The position numbers and the translations under genes were made by a program. The notes under the pieces were generated by a model. That model searched no databases. It saw nothing but the letters and a program-made list of their open reading frames with translations, and had not been told where the DNA came from. This document shows positions 1-9,800 of a stretch of DNA of 64,000 bases, piece after piece (positions within the stretch are counted from its first letter, which is position 1; every line of letters begins with the position of its first letter). This stretch comes from an uncultured Bacteroidales bacterium (GTDB lineage Bacteria > Bacteroidota > Bacteroidia > Bacteroidales > G3-4614), in assembly GCA_949297125.1 (NCBI GenBank), contig CASFRS010000020.1:84817-148816 (forward strand), read 5' to 3'.

Positions 1-1
1 C

Positions 2-946
<945 letters not shown>

Positions 947-951
947 CCGAT

Positions 952-1941
952 ATGGATTACGGAGCCTCGCCGGAGCGTTACGGCGGCATGTTATACCGGT
1001 ATTGCGGGCAGAGCGGGTTGCTGCTGCCCGCAATATCTTTGGGACTGTGGCAGAATTTCGGGGAAGATGCCTCTTACGGGCATTCCGAGTCGCTTGTCCG
1101 TTACGCGTTCGACAACGGCATAACCCATTTCGATTTGGCCAACAACTACGGCCCGCCTCCCGGGTATGCCGAAGAGACGTTCGGCCGCATACTTAAGAAC
1201 GGGCTGATGCGGTATCGCGATGAGATTCTGATAGCTACAAAAGCGGGATACGACATGTGGGAAGGGCCCTACGGCTCGTGGGGCAGCCGCAAGCATATGA
1301 TGGCGAGCATGGATTGCAGCCTCCGTCGGCTGGGGGTAGATTACGTAGACATATTCTATTCGCACCGGCCCGATCCGGAAACGCCCATAGAAGAGACCGC
1401 ATACGCCCTTGTCGACATTGTGCGTGCAGGCAAAGCCCTTTATATAGGGCTCTCCCGGTACGGCAAGGAACAGCTTGCCGCCGCGTCGGAGATATTCCGT
1501 TCGGAACATGTGCCGTTTATCTGTTATCAGGGGAAATATTCCATGCTTGCACGTGAGCCCGAGCGCGACATTTTGCCGCAGGCATCGGCAGAAGGCATCG
1601 GTTTCATCGCATTTTCCCCGTTGGCGCAAGGGTTGCTTACATCGAGGTATTTCAACGGCATACCGTCAGGTTCAAGGGCGACGCACAGCAAATTCCTGAA
1701 ACCGTCCGATATAACCCCGCAGGCGGTCGAACGTTCGAGGCGTCTCGACGCAATAGCCTCCCGTCGCGGTCAGACGCTGGCCCAGATGGCCATATCGTGG
1801 CTCCTTAAAGACATAAGGGTAACATCCGTCATATGCGGGGCAAGCAGTACGGAGCAGATAAAGTCCAATATTGCGGCAACGGACAACATCGCGTTTACGG
1901 CCGAAGAACTTGCCGGAATAGAGGCCGTTCTCCGTACATGA
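952..1941 (+). CDS. Aldo/keto reductase (YghZ / Kv-beta-like)
   Basis: 329 aa. AKR motifs FDLANNYGPPPGYAEETFG and LDYVDIFYSHRPD. ATG lies 5 nt after the upstream stop. Confidence 0.85.
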   Translation: MDYGASPERYGGMLYRYCGQSGLLLPAISLGLWQNFGEDASYGHSESLVRYAFDNGITHFDLANNYGPPPGYAEETFGRILKNGLMRYRDEILIATKAGYDMWEGPYGSWGSRKHMMASMDCSLRRLGVDYVDIFYSHRPDPETPIEETAYALVDIVRAGKALYIGLSRYGKEQLAAASEIFRSEHVPFICYQGKYSMLAREPERDILPQASAEGIGFIAFSPLAQGLLTSRYFNGIPSGSRATHSKFLKPSDITPQAVERSRRLDAIASRRGQTLAQMAISWLLKDIRVTSVICGASSTEQIKSNIAATDNIAFTAEELAGIEAVLRT

Positions 1942-1980
1942 CACCTCCGGGAGCGTGCCGATATGCATGTGCGGTAGCCG

Positions 1981-2355
1981 TCAGTCAAGGAAAGCGAAGT
2001 AGACGGCGGCTATAAGGCAGCAGAAAGCGGCCCCGTGGTTCCAGTGAAAAGGGACCCCTTTGAAAATAAGGGTGGCCAGAACCATAAACACAACGAGATT
2101 CACCGCTTCCTGAATCACTTTCAGCTGAATCAGCGAGAACGGGCCGCCGTTTCCGTCGAAACCGAGCCGGTTGGCGGGAACCATGACGGAATATTCAAAA
2201 AAAGCGACACCCCAGCTCAACATGATAATTGCAATAAGCGGCCATCCGTCCGTAATTTTCATCTGCTGCAATTTCAGATGCCCATACCATGCAAGCGTCA
2301 TGAATATGTTTGAAATAATGAGCATCCCGATAGTATAAAACCCTTTAAGAATCAT
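1981..2355 (-). CDS. Small DMT-superfamily membrane protein (DUF486-like)
   Basis: Start trimmed to MILKGFYTIGMLIISNIFMTLAWYGHLK, typical of ~120-aa DUF486 proteins. The upstream part of the track ORF overlaps the ttcA continuation frame. Confidence 0.7.
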   Translation of the reverse strand: MILKGFYTIGMLIISNIFMTLAWYGHLKLQQMKITDGWPLIAIIMLSWGVAFFEYSVMVPANRLGFDGNGGPFSLIQLKVIQEAVNLVVFMVLATLIFKGVPFHWNHGAAFCCLIAAVYFAFLD

Positions 2356-2365
2356 AGCGGTAAAA

Positions 2366-2518
2366 TTATAAGTCAGAACCTTTTCTGTCCGGTAAATAAT
2401 CCTTCTGTATATTTTCCATGGCGCCCCAGATATTGCTTCTGGCATTGCCGTTCATCCGGGCGAGTCTCCCGATTATTTCCTGCATCTCCTTTCTGTAGCC
2501 GCTCCTTTCATAAGGTCA
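2366..2518 (-). other. In-frame TGA followed by a 49-codon same-frame continuation of the ttcA-like ORF (recoding site or pseudogene lesion)
   Basis: After the TGA the same frame reads PYERSGYRKEMQEIIGRLARMNGNARSNIWGAMENIQKDYLPDRKGSDL, then TAA at 2366-2368. This gives a ~250-aa protein of normal family length. Confidence 0.6.
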
Positions 2519-3118
2519 GCGTTTTTCCTGTATCCGGTAGCCCCTGTATTCGGCAAGGGCGTTTAAATCGCTTTCATCGATAAGGGCCAACGGGCGGATT
2601 ATGCACATGTCGAACCTGTTCATCTTCAGCAGCGGAGGCATCGTGGAAAACGACCCCTGGAAGGTCATGTTCATCAGCAGGGTAGCTATTATGTCGTCTC
2701 TGTGATGACCGAGGGCTATTTTATTGCATCCGCATTCCCTTGCAAAATCGAAAAGAGTTTTACGCCTGTACCACGAACAGAGAAAGCAGGGCGATTTGCG
2801 TTTGTCTTTTGAAAAATCTATACTGCAGGACCTTGCGTAAAAATCAATTCCCAGACCGTTGCAGAAATCTTTCAGATATTCCGTGTCGGAGTTGTAGCCT
2901 ATGCCTTCCATCTCCACATGCAGGGCGGTTATCTTGAATTTCGGGACGAAGATACGCGAGCGGCGTGCAAGCAGTTCGGCAAGCGCCAGCGAATCTTTCC
3001 CTCCCGAAACCCCGATGAGGACCGAGTCTCCGTTTCCGATAAGAGCGTACTCCATAATGCACTTCGTTACGCACCTGTCAAGTTTGGATATAAGTTGGTT
3101 TTCGGGCATATCTTGCAA
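2516..3118 (-). CDS. ttcA: PP-loop ATPase, TtcA-like tRNA 2-thiolation protein (ORF as terminated by an in-frame TGA)
   Basis: SGGKDS PP-loop, CFLC (CxxC) pair and GHHRDD motif. Only 200 aa because of the TGA at 2516-2518; see the next feature. Confidence 0.75.
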   Translation of the reverse strand: MQDMPENQLISKLDRCVTKCIMEYALIGNGDSVLIGVSGGKDSLALAELLARRSRIFVPKFKITALHVEMEGIGYNSDTEYLKDFCNGLGIDFYARSCSIDFSKDKRKSPCFLCSWYRRKTLFDFARECGCNKIALGHHRDDIIATLLMNMTFQGSFSTMPPLLKMNRFDMCIIRPLALIDESDLNALAEYRGYRIQEKR

Positions 3119-3262
3119 GTATGGAAAAGCGCGTGCAAAGTTATCATTAATCTTTCTTTAACGGTAATAAAAGACACGACTTTTTCGCACGCTTCCGCCC
3201 TTTGCATGGCGATACCCGGGCAACAGGGATTGCAGGCATTTGTAAACACTCGACCTATACCC

Positions 3263-3270
3263 TATATTTG
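3263..3270 (+). promoter_or_regulatory. Bacteroidetes-type -7 promoter box TATATTTG
   Basis: Exact match to TAnnTTTG, ~30 nt upstream of the ATG at 3301. Confidence 0.45.
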
Positions 3271-3300
3271 CACAAATTAAAGATGCATCGCAAAATAACG

Positions 3301-3789
3301 ATGAATAGCGTGGAAACCGAATTGTATGCGATACGGCCGGAAAAGTATCTGGCGGTCATGTCAAGCATGTTCGTCCGCAAATACCGCATCGGCCTGCTTG
3401 CTGCCGCCGTTGCGGCGGTGATACTGTCGGTGTGCGTAACGGATTTTATCTACGCCGCTATAGTGCTGGCGTTCGGAGCATTTCCGTTCGTCCTTTTTCA
3501 TGTCTATTTCCGGTATGCCGGCAGGTACGACAACAAATACCTGTTCATTGAAAAAAGCGTAGCCTTCAGCAATACTTCCCTTACGATATTCCCTGCAGGA
3601 GAAGAGCCTGTACATTACCCCGTAAGCCTCGTGGAATATGAAGGGTATGCAAAAAACAACCATATGTTCATCCTGGACGGCAGGTATATGCTGAATGTCC
3701 CGCTTACGTCATTTGCCGATTGCGACAGACTTTCAGAATTCCGGGACTGGCTTGATACCCGAATAATAAGGCGTAAATGCCGGGAATAA
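3301..3789 (+). CDS. Hypothetical membrane protein (two TM helices plus a C-terminal globular part, YcxB-like)
   Basis: ORF with hydrophobic stretches LLAAAVAAVILSVCV and AAIVLAFGAFPFVLF. Start chosen downstream of the -7 box; alternative ATG at 3283. Confidence 0.5.
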   Translation: MNSVETELYAIRPEKYLAVMSSMFVRKYRIGLLAAAVAAVILSVCVTDFIYAAIVLAFGAFPFVLFHVYFRYAGRYDNKYLFIEKSVAFSNTSLTIFPAGEEPVHYPVSLVEYEGYAKNNHMFILDGRYMLNVPLTSFADCDRLSEFRDWLDTRIIRRKCRE

Positions 3790-3801
3790 CGTCAAAAATG
3801 C

Positions 3802-3809
3802 TAACTTTG
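3802..3809 (+). promoter_or_regulatory. -7 promoter box TAACTTTG
   Basis: Exact TAnnTTTG, 55 nt upstream of the ATG at 3864. Confidence 0.45.
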
Positions 3810-3863
3810 TCGGTTGGCAGCATGCATTAACCCTATTGTGGAACTACAAAAGAAAACAACAAT

Positions 3864-5300
3864 ATGAAATACACCGGAAGAATCGTTATCGTTATTCTGT
3901 TGTCCCTGCCGTTTCCCCTGTTGTCCCAGACACTCGAGATGGCGAAGATACTCTATAAGAAGGGGCATTACGAGTCCGCTATCGGCACATTCCGCGAAAA
4001 TGTGAAAAGGCGCCCGAACGATGCGTCGTTGAACCAGTGGTACGGCGTGTGCCTGTATATGACGGGCAGCAAGGAAGAAGCGGTCCCGTATCTGAAAAAG
4101 GCGGCACAGAAGAAGATTCAGGAAGCCTACTATTATCTCGGGAAGATATATTACGAGAATTACAACTTCAAGGCGGCAGCCGAACAGTTTGAACTCTACC
4201 GTGAGGCGATAGAGAAGAACGGCGGGGATACCCGTGTCGCCGAGATGTGTATCGATATGGCCGACAGGGCCGCCTACATGCTTGAACGTACGGAAACTGT
4301 AACGGTAATAGATTCGATGGTAGTAGACAAGGCCGGATTCTTGCGCCATTACAAGTTGCCTCCAGAATCGTGCCGGCTTACGTATTATACCGACATATTC
4401 AAATCCGACACGCTCTCTTCCGAAGGGACGTTGTATGAAAACCAGAGACAGGACAAACTCCTCTATTCCAGAAAGGCGGAAAGCGGACGGTACATAATCG
4501 GCGAGCGTGCCCGCCTGAACGAGGACGAGTGGAGCGAAGAACAGCCGTTGCAACTCCTGACGCGCGATTCGGCCAATTATGCCTACCCGTTCCTGATGAA
4601 CGACGGGCTGACGTTGTATTACGCCTCGGACGATGATTCCTTGTCGATAGGGGGGTATGACATATTCGTAACGAGAAAGAACCTGAATACCGGCGCATAC
4701 CTTATCCCCGAGAATGTGGGGATGCCTTTCAATTCGCCGTTCAACGACTATATGATGGCCGTGGACGAGATAAACGGTGTGGGGTGGTTCGTTTCCGACC
4801 GTTACCAGCCGGAAGGCAAAGTGGCCATATACCTGTTTATACCCAACGACACGAAAGAGATATACCGCTTACCCGAATCCGAAGTGATACCGTACGCCCG
4901 GATAGTCGATATGGAAAAAACTTGGCCGCAGGATGCCGACTATACGGCCCTGCTCGAAAAAATATACAGTATAGACACCAGCAAGCCGCAAGAGCCGAAA
5001 GAAGAGTTCGTGTTTGTTGTAAAACCCGGGTTGATATACACCAACAAGGAGCAGTTCAAATCGGCCAAGGCAAAAGAACTGTTTGAGAAATCCGTAGCGG
5101 TGGAAAACGAAATAGCGGAATTGAACTATGAACTTTCACGTATGCGGATAAAATACGGCAAGGCAAAAGACAAGACGTCCGTATCTGCGTCCATACTCAA
5201 GAACGAAGAGTATCTCCTTACGCTGTATCCGCAGCCCGAAAAATACAGGAACATGAGCCGGGTGGCCGAAATAGAATATCTTAGTACACAAAAACGATAA
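3864..5300 (+). CDS. Secreted TPR plus PD40 (TolB-like beta-propeller repeat) protein with a C-terminal coiled coil
   Basis: Signal peptide MKYTGRIVIVILLSLPFPLLSQ. TPR-like N-terminus. PD40-like repeats YPFLMNDGLTLYYASDD and FNSPFNDYMMAVDEINGVGWFVSDR. Confidence 0.6.
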   Translation: MKYTGRIVIVILLSLPFPLLSQTLEMAKILYKKGHYESAIGTFRENVKRRPNDASLNQWYGVCLYMTGSKEEAVPYLKKAAQKKIQEAYYYLGKIYYENYNFKAAAEQFELYREAIEKNGGDTRVAEMCIDMADRAAYMLERTETVTVIDSMVVDKAGFLRHYKLPPESCRLTYYTDIFKSDTLSSEGTLYENQRQDKLLYSRKAESGRYIIGERARLNEDEWSEEQPLQLLTRDSANYAYPFLMNDGLTLYYASDDDSLSIGGYDIFVTRKNLNTGAYLIPENVGMPFNSPFNDYMMAVDEINGVGWFVSDRYQPEGKVAIYLFIPNDTKEIYRLPESEVIPYARIVDMEKTWPQDADYTALLEKIYSIDTSKPQEPKEEFVFVVKPGLIYTNKEQFKSAKAKELFEKSVAVENEIAELNYELSRMRIKYGKAKDKTSVSASILKNEEYLLTLYPQPEKYRNMSRVAEIEYLSTQKR

Positions 5301-5309
5301 AAAGGTAAT

Positions 5310-5777
5310 ATGGACATATTGATAATAGCAGTATTGATACTTGTAGGTTTGCTGCTGGTGATAATAGAACTTTTCCTGTTGCCCGGAGTAACCATAGCCG
5401 GCATAAGCGCACTGCTGTTTTTCGGAGGTGCGGTATATTACGCTTTCGGCATAAGCAGTGCGGCGGGAATAATATCGGCCATGATATCGGTGGCAGTCTG
5501 CATAGTGGGAGTATTGGCTTTCATGCGCTCGCGCGTCATGAATAAAATATCCCTCGACGCATCGATTAACTCGGTAGTGCCTACATCTGTTCCGCAGGAC
5601 ATCGCGCCCGGGGACAAAGGCGTTACCTTGTCGCGGCTTAACCCGATGGGGCGTGTAATGGTAAACGGGCATGAACTTGAAGGGCGCGCCCGTGAGGCGT
5701 TCCTTGACGAGAACACCGCAATAGAAGTCGAACGGGTGGAAAACACCGTTGTGATAGTGAAGAAGAGAGAAGAGTAA
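5310..5777 (+). CDS. NfeD family membrane protein
   Basis: N-terminal TM helices plus a C-terminal OB-like [27 protein letters not shown]. Sits directly upstream of floA, the usual arrangement. Confidence 0.8.
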   Translation: MDILIIAVLILVGLLLVIIELFLLPGVTIAGISALLFFGGAVYYAFGISSAAGIISAMISVAVCIVGVLAFMRSRVMNKISLDASINSVVPTSVPQDIAPGDKGVTLSRLNPMGRVMVNGHELEGRAREAFLDENTAIEVERVENTVVIVKKREE

Positions 5778-5806
5778 AAAACAATCAAAACCAAAAAGTA
5801 AACAAT

Positions 5807-6775
5807 ATGTTGGGATTTAGTTACATGCTGTTGCTGGCAGCAATAATACTGTTGATAATATTCTTTTATTTCGTACCGTTCCTGTTGTGGATATCGGCTC
5901 GCGCATCCGGAGTGAAAATATCCGTATTGCAGTTGTTCCTTATGAGGATAAGGAAAGTCCCGCCGCAAATAATAGTAAGGGCCATGATAGAAGCCCACAA
6001 GGCCGGGTTGCAGAATATAACCCGCGATGATCTCGAAGCCCACTATCTTGCAGGAGGGCATGTCGAGCGGGTGGTACATGCTCTGGTATCGGCGGCAAAA
6101 GCCAATATCGACCTCGGTTTCAAAATGGCGACGGCAATCGACCTTGCCGGGCGCGACGTATTCGAGGCAGTGCAGATGTCGGTAAATCCCAAGGTAATCG
6201 ATACCCCTCCGGTAGTGGCGGTTGCAAAGGACGGAATACAGCTCATAGCCAAGGCCCGTGTTACGGTAAGGGCCAATATACGGCAGTTGGTAGGCGGTGC
6301 CGGCGAAGATACCGTTCTGGCAAGGGTAGGCGAGGGTATAGTTTCGTCCATCGGTTCGTCCGAATCCCACAAGACAGTTCTTGAAAACCCCGATTCAATA
6401 TCCAAGCTGGTCCTTAAGAAGGGGCTCGATTCGGGAACGGCATTTGAAATTCTCTCAATCGATATAGCCGATATTGACATAGGCAAGAACATAGGGGCCG
6501 CCCTGCAGATGGACCAGGCCGATGCCGACAAGAATATAGCCCAGGCAAAGGCCGAAGAGCGCAGGGCCATGGCAATAGCGCTGGAACAGGAGATGAAGGC
6601 CAAGGCGCAGGAGGCCCGGGCCAAGGTTATAGAGGCTGAAGCCGAAGTCCCCAAGGCCATGGCCGAGGCATTCCGTTCCGGGAATCTCGGAATAATGGAC
6701 TATTACCGTATGAAGAATATCGAGGCCGATACCAACATGCGCGACAATATTGTAAAGCCGACGTCGGCTAAATGA
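5807..6775 (+). CDS. floA: Flotillin-like protein FloA (UPF0365/YqfA)
   Basis: [28 protein letters not shown] and an alanine/glutamate-rich C-terminal coiled coil, typical of FloA. Confidence 0.9.
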   Translation: MLGFSYMLLLAAIILLIIFFYFVPFLLWISARASGVKISVLQLFLMRIRKVPPQIIVRAMIEAHKAGLQNITRDDLEAHYLAGGHVERVVHALVSAAKANIDLGFKMATAIDLAGRDVFEAVQMSVNPKVIDTPPVVAVAKDGIQLIAKARVTVRANIRQLVGGAGEDTVLARVGEGIVSSIGSSESHKTVLENPDSISKLVLKKGLDSGTAFEILSIDIADIDIGKNIGAALQMDQADADKNIAQAKAEERRAMAIALEQEMKAKAQEARAKVIEAEAEVPKAMAEAFRSGNLGIMDYYRMKNIEADTNMRDNIVKPTSAK

Positions 6776-6803
6776 CAGGAACTGTTTCGACGTAAGGCAT
6801 AAA

Positions 6804-6862
6804 GGAGAGAAGGCGGGTATGTGCCGGGAAAATCCCAGAGGCACATACCCGCCTTTCTCTCC
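6804..6862. terminator. Long hairpin between convergent floA and tamB (terminator-like)
   Basis: GGAGAGAAGGCGGGTATGTGCC (6804-6825) pairs with GGCACATACCCGCCTTTCTCTCC (6840-6862). This is a ~22-bp stem with one bulge and no strong T-run. Confidence 0.5.
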
Positions 6863-6880
6863 GTATCATTATACCCGTTG

Positions 6881-9800
6881 CTACTCTGCCGTGCCGGACT
6901 TTTTAGCCTTCCTCTCCCTTTTAGGGACGCTCCTTTGGAAAATCTCCCTGGCCTTTGAAAAATCCTTCTTGAACATTATGCCCACCCCTTGTGTGGTGAG
7001 GGCCGATTTTATGTAATAGTTCTTGTCGTTGTAGTGGTTGTAGGCTTTCAGCCGGAAAGTTCCCGTTTTGTTTATAAGGTATTCAAGGTCGAAATCGCCG
7101 ATAAAGCTGTTGCTGTTTACCGACCTGTCCCTGTATCCGAGGTTGCCGTTGAAAATAAGCCGGTTGTTCAGCAACTGGGAAGAAAGGATGACATCGAATT
7201 CCAGATCGGTAAAGTCGCCCTTTTCGCTTCTGAAATTAGTACCGATATTGAACTTGTCGCTAATCTGGCCCAGGATATTGTTGAGTTGCGACGACAGGGC
7301 CGATGAAGCTACCGAAGCCAGTTCGTTGCTGTGCGTTTGCCCCACGTTCATGTATTCGGGCGTATAGAACTTGTTCAGGGCAAGCAGGTAAAGGACCTGG
7401 CGGTTCATCATGTCGTCCGTACTTATTATGTTCTTCACGCGGCGGTATATATCCTGGGTGAGGGACGGGAAATTGAGGTCGAACTGGAATTCGGGACGGC
7501 GCAAATCACCGGTCAGTTGCATGGTGGTCTGAACCGGAACGGTAGTCCTGTTCAAATCACGTTCCTGCGCAAAACTTTCATCGAGGTCAAGCAGGTTGGC
7601 CTGAAGCGCATAGTATGCGCTTATATCCAGTTCGGCATTCATAGGGTCGCCCCTGAAAGTAATGGAACTTCCCGGATTAACCGTAAATTCCTTCGATATG
7701 AGGTCCTGCAGGTTAAGGTTGTATTCCCCTTTCTCCACGGTATATCTGCCGTACATCTTCATCTCCTCGTTGGTATTGTATTCGATTCTTATCGCCCCTT
7801 CGCCGTTTACCGTAATCCTGTCGTTGGTATTTGTGTCGATAACAAGCTGTACGGTGGCGGAAGGCGTTGCATCGATTTGCAGGTTCAGCCTCATCACATG
7901 CTTTATCGGGTTTAACGGAGCGAGAACCTGTACGGGTTCCTCAATCTCTACCGAAACGGAATCGGCTGCCTGTTTGTCCCTGTCCACGTACGTTATGAAC
8001 GCATATTCCCCGGCAGCGGCTTCATCCAGCAGCGCATACGTGAAATCGGAGTCCTCGTCTGTACGCATGTTTACGTCTATGTCGGTATATCGGGTATCGC
8101 CGCGTATGCTTCCTGCACCCGTAGCGTATACCTTGCCGTAATACGACGGGTTCAGTTTTTCGGTTACGTTGAAGACCAGGAAATTGTGCAGCCTCGACAT
8201 TGCAATGTCATAAGTCAGGTTTCTGAAATTCTTGTGGTTCAGTTTCATCGAAACTCTTCCCGTATGCCCTTCAGAGTCGGTAATCAGGGCGTTGTCGGCA
8301 TATATCCCGTTTTCATCGAGGAAAACGCTGTCGGTAATGGAAAAAGTCGTATTAAGGTAATCTACTCCAAAATTGAAGTCCTGTACGAATGCGCTTCCCA
8401 CGACATCCAAACTCTTGAACTTCCCCGACAATGTTATATTGCCCGTTGCATAGCCGTCTACATCCGAAAGGATGTTTTTTGTAAAAGGTCTCAGGAAAGT
8501 AAGGCTCAACCTGTTGGCGTCGAAGTCGAAGTGCAGCGACTTGCTTTGCAGGAAAATCCTTCCCAGCACTTTCGTATCCTTTATGCCGGGGTTTACCACC
8601 GTCCCGTCCAGGACAATCGCCCCGCTTTCCTTGTCCAGCCTGCTTTGCAGGGTCAGGTCGCCGAACCGGCAATAATTATAGGAAAAGTCCCTTACCTTGA
8701 AATTGTCGGTGTATATTTCCGGAATCGTCCCCTCCAAGCGGTTTACTATAATGGAGCCGGTAGCTTCGCCCCCGAAAACGATATTCTTCCTGTCCAGTAC
8801 GTCGAATATGTAGGACAAGTCTATATCCTTGAGTCTTACTTCCATAAGTTTGTCGGGATCTTTGCAGAAATCGCCGTTTATTCTCAAATACTGGTTGCTG
8901 CGCCCTATCTCCACATCATGGAACGAAATATTGTTGCCGTTTACGAAAAGAGTGGCCGGGGCAATATTCCATACGCTGTCATTGACAATGAAACTGCTCG
9001 GGTTTACGGCTATATCCAGAAGTTTCCCGTCCCTGCTGTCTATAAAATGCGTGGAAGAGCTCACCCTGCCGCTGAACAGGGTGCTGTCGGCATTGCTCCA
9101 TTCAATATCGAGCAGGGCGATATCGTCCGAAGTGGAACTGTTTACGAACCACGATGTTTCAACCCCTTTCGATGTGGTATGCGTAGAATTGACTTCCGCG
9201 TAAATGGCTTTCTGGAATTTTTCCATCCTTATATCGGTATCCTTCAGCATCAGTTTGCCCAATGTGATATCCGGTATGCCGCATATAAGGCTGAACCGTT
9301 TTGTGGAGTCGCTGTAATACCCGTCTATAACCGCGTCTTTCCTCAGGGAAAAAGGAAGTTCGAACACGTGCGATAAAAGTACAGTGTTGGGAATGTCGAA
9401 CCCGAATCGGAACACGTTTTCGTATACAGGCTTTTCCCCGTCCCCTTCCATCTGCTTTTCACCCCCTTCTTCCGATGCCAGAGCCGGGGCCGCATCGGAC
9501 AGCATAGCCATAAAACTCCTTTTAAGCGAACTGAAAAGGTATCGTCCCTCTATCTTTCCCGATATGATATTTGAGTTTAACGTTATGGTTTGCGGGTAAA
9601 CCGAATTGTGGGCCGTTATCGAGGCCGTATCACATCTGAAAACGTGCCCGTTGTTTGAAAATGCAAAACTGTTTATGTTCACCGCTCCGTCGGCATCGTC
9701 AAGCCTTTCCCCTTTGAAGTCAGCGTCTATGTCGAAATCGAGGGTAGAACCTGCGTACTTACCGGTAAGGTTGAGTGCATTTACGCGGATGTTCTCCCCT

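Noticed and set aside
8186-9376. Long antisense ORFs inside real genes: 8186-9376 (396 aa, in tamB), 50326-51639 (437 aa, in the OstA-like gene), 52261-53430 (389 aa, in surA), 54434-55453 (339 aa, in ppiD), 40386-41312 (308 aa, in the porin), 5438-6370 (310 aa, in floA) and 23751-24401 (in menE).
   Set aside because: I checked the phase. Each is exactly codon-for-codon antisense to the annotated gene, so it stays open simply because the sense genes avoid the TTA, CTA and TCA codons. The translations are Arg/Tyr/His/Val-rich with no recognisable motifs, and the sense-strand products have strong family signatures. These are shadow ORFs.
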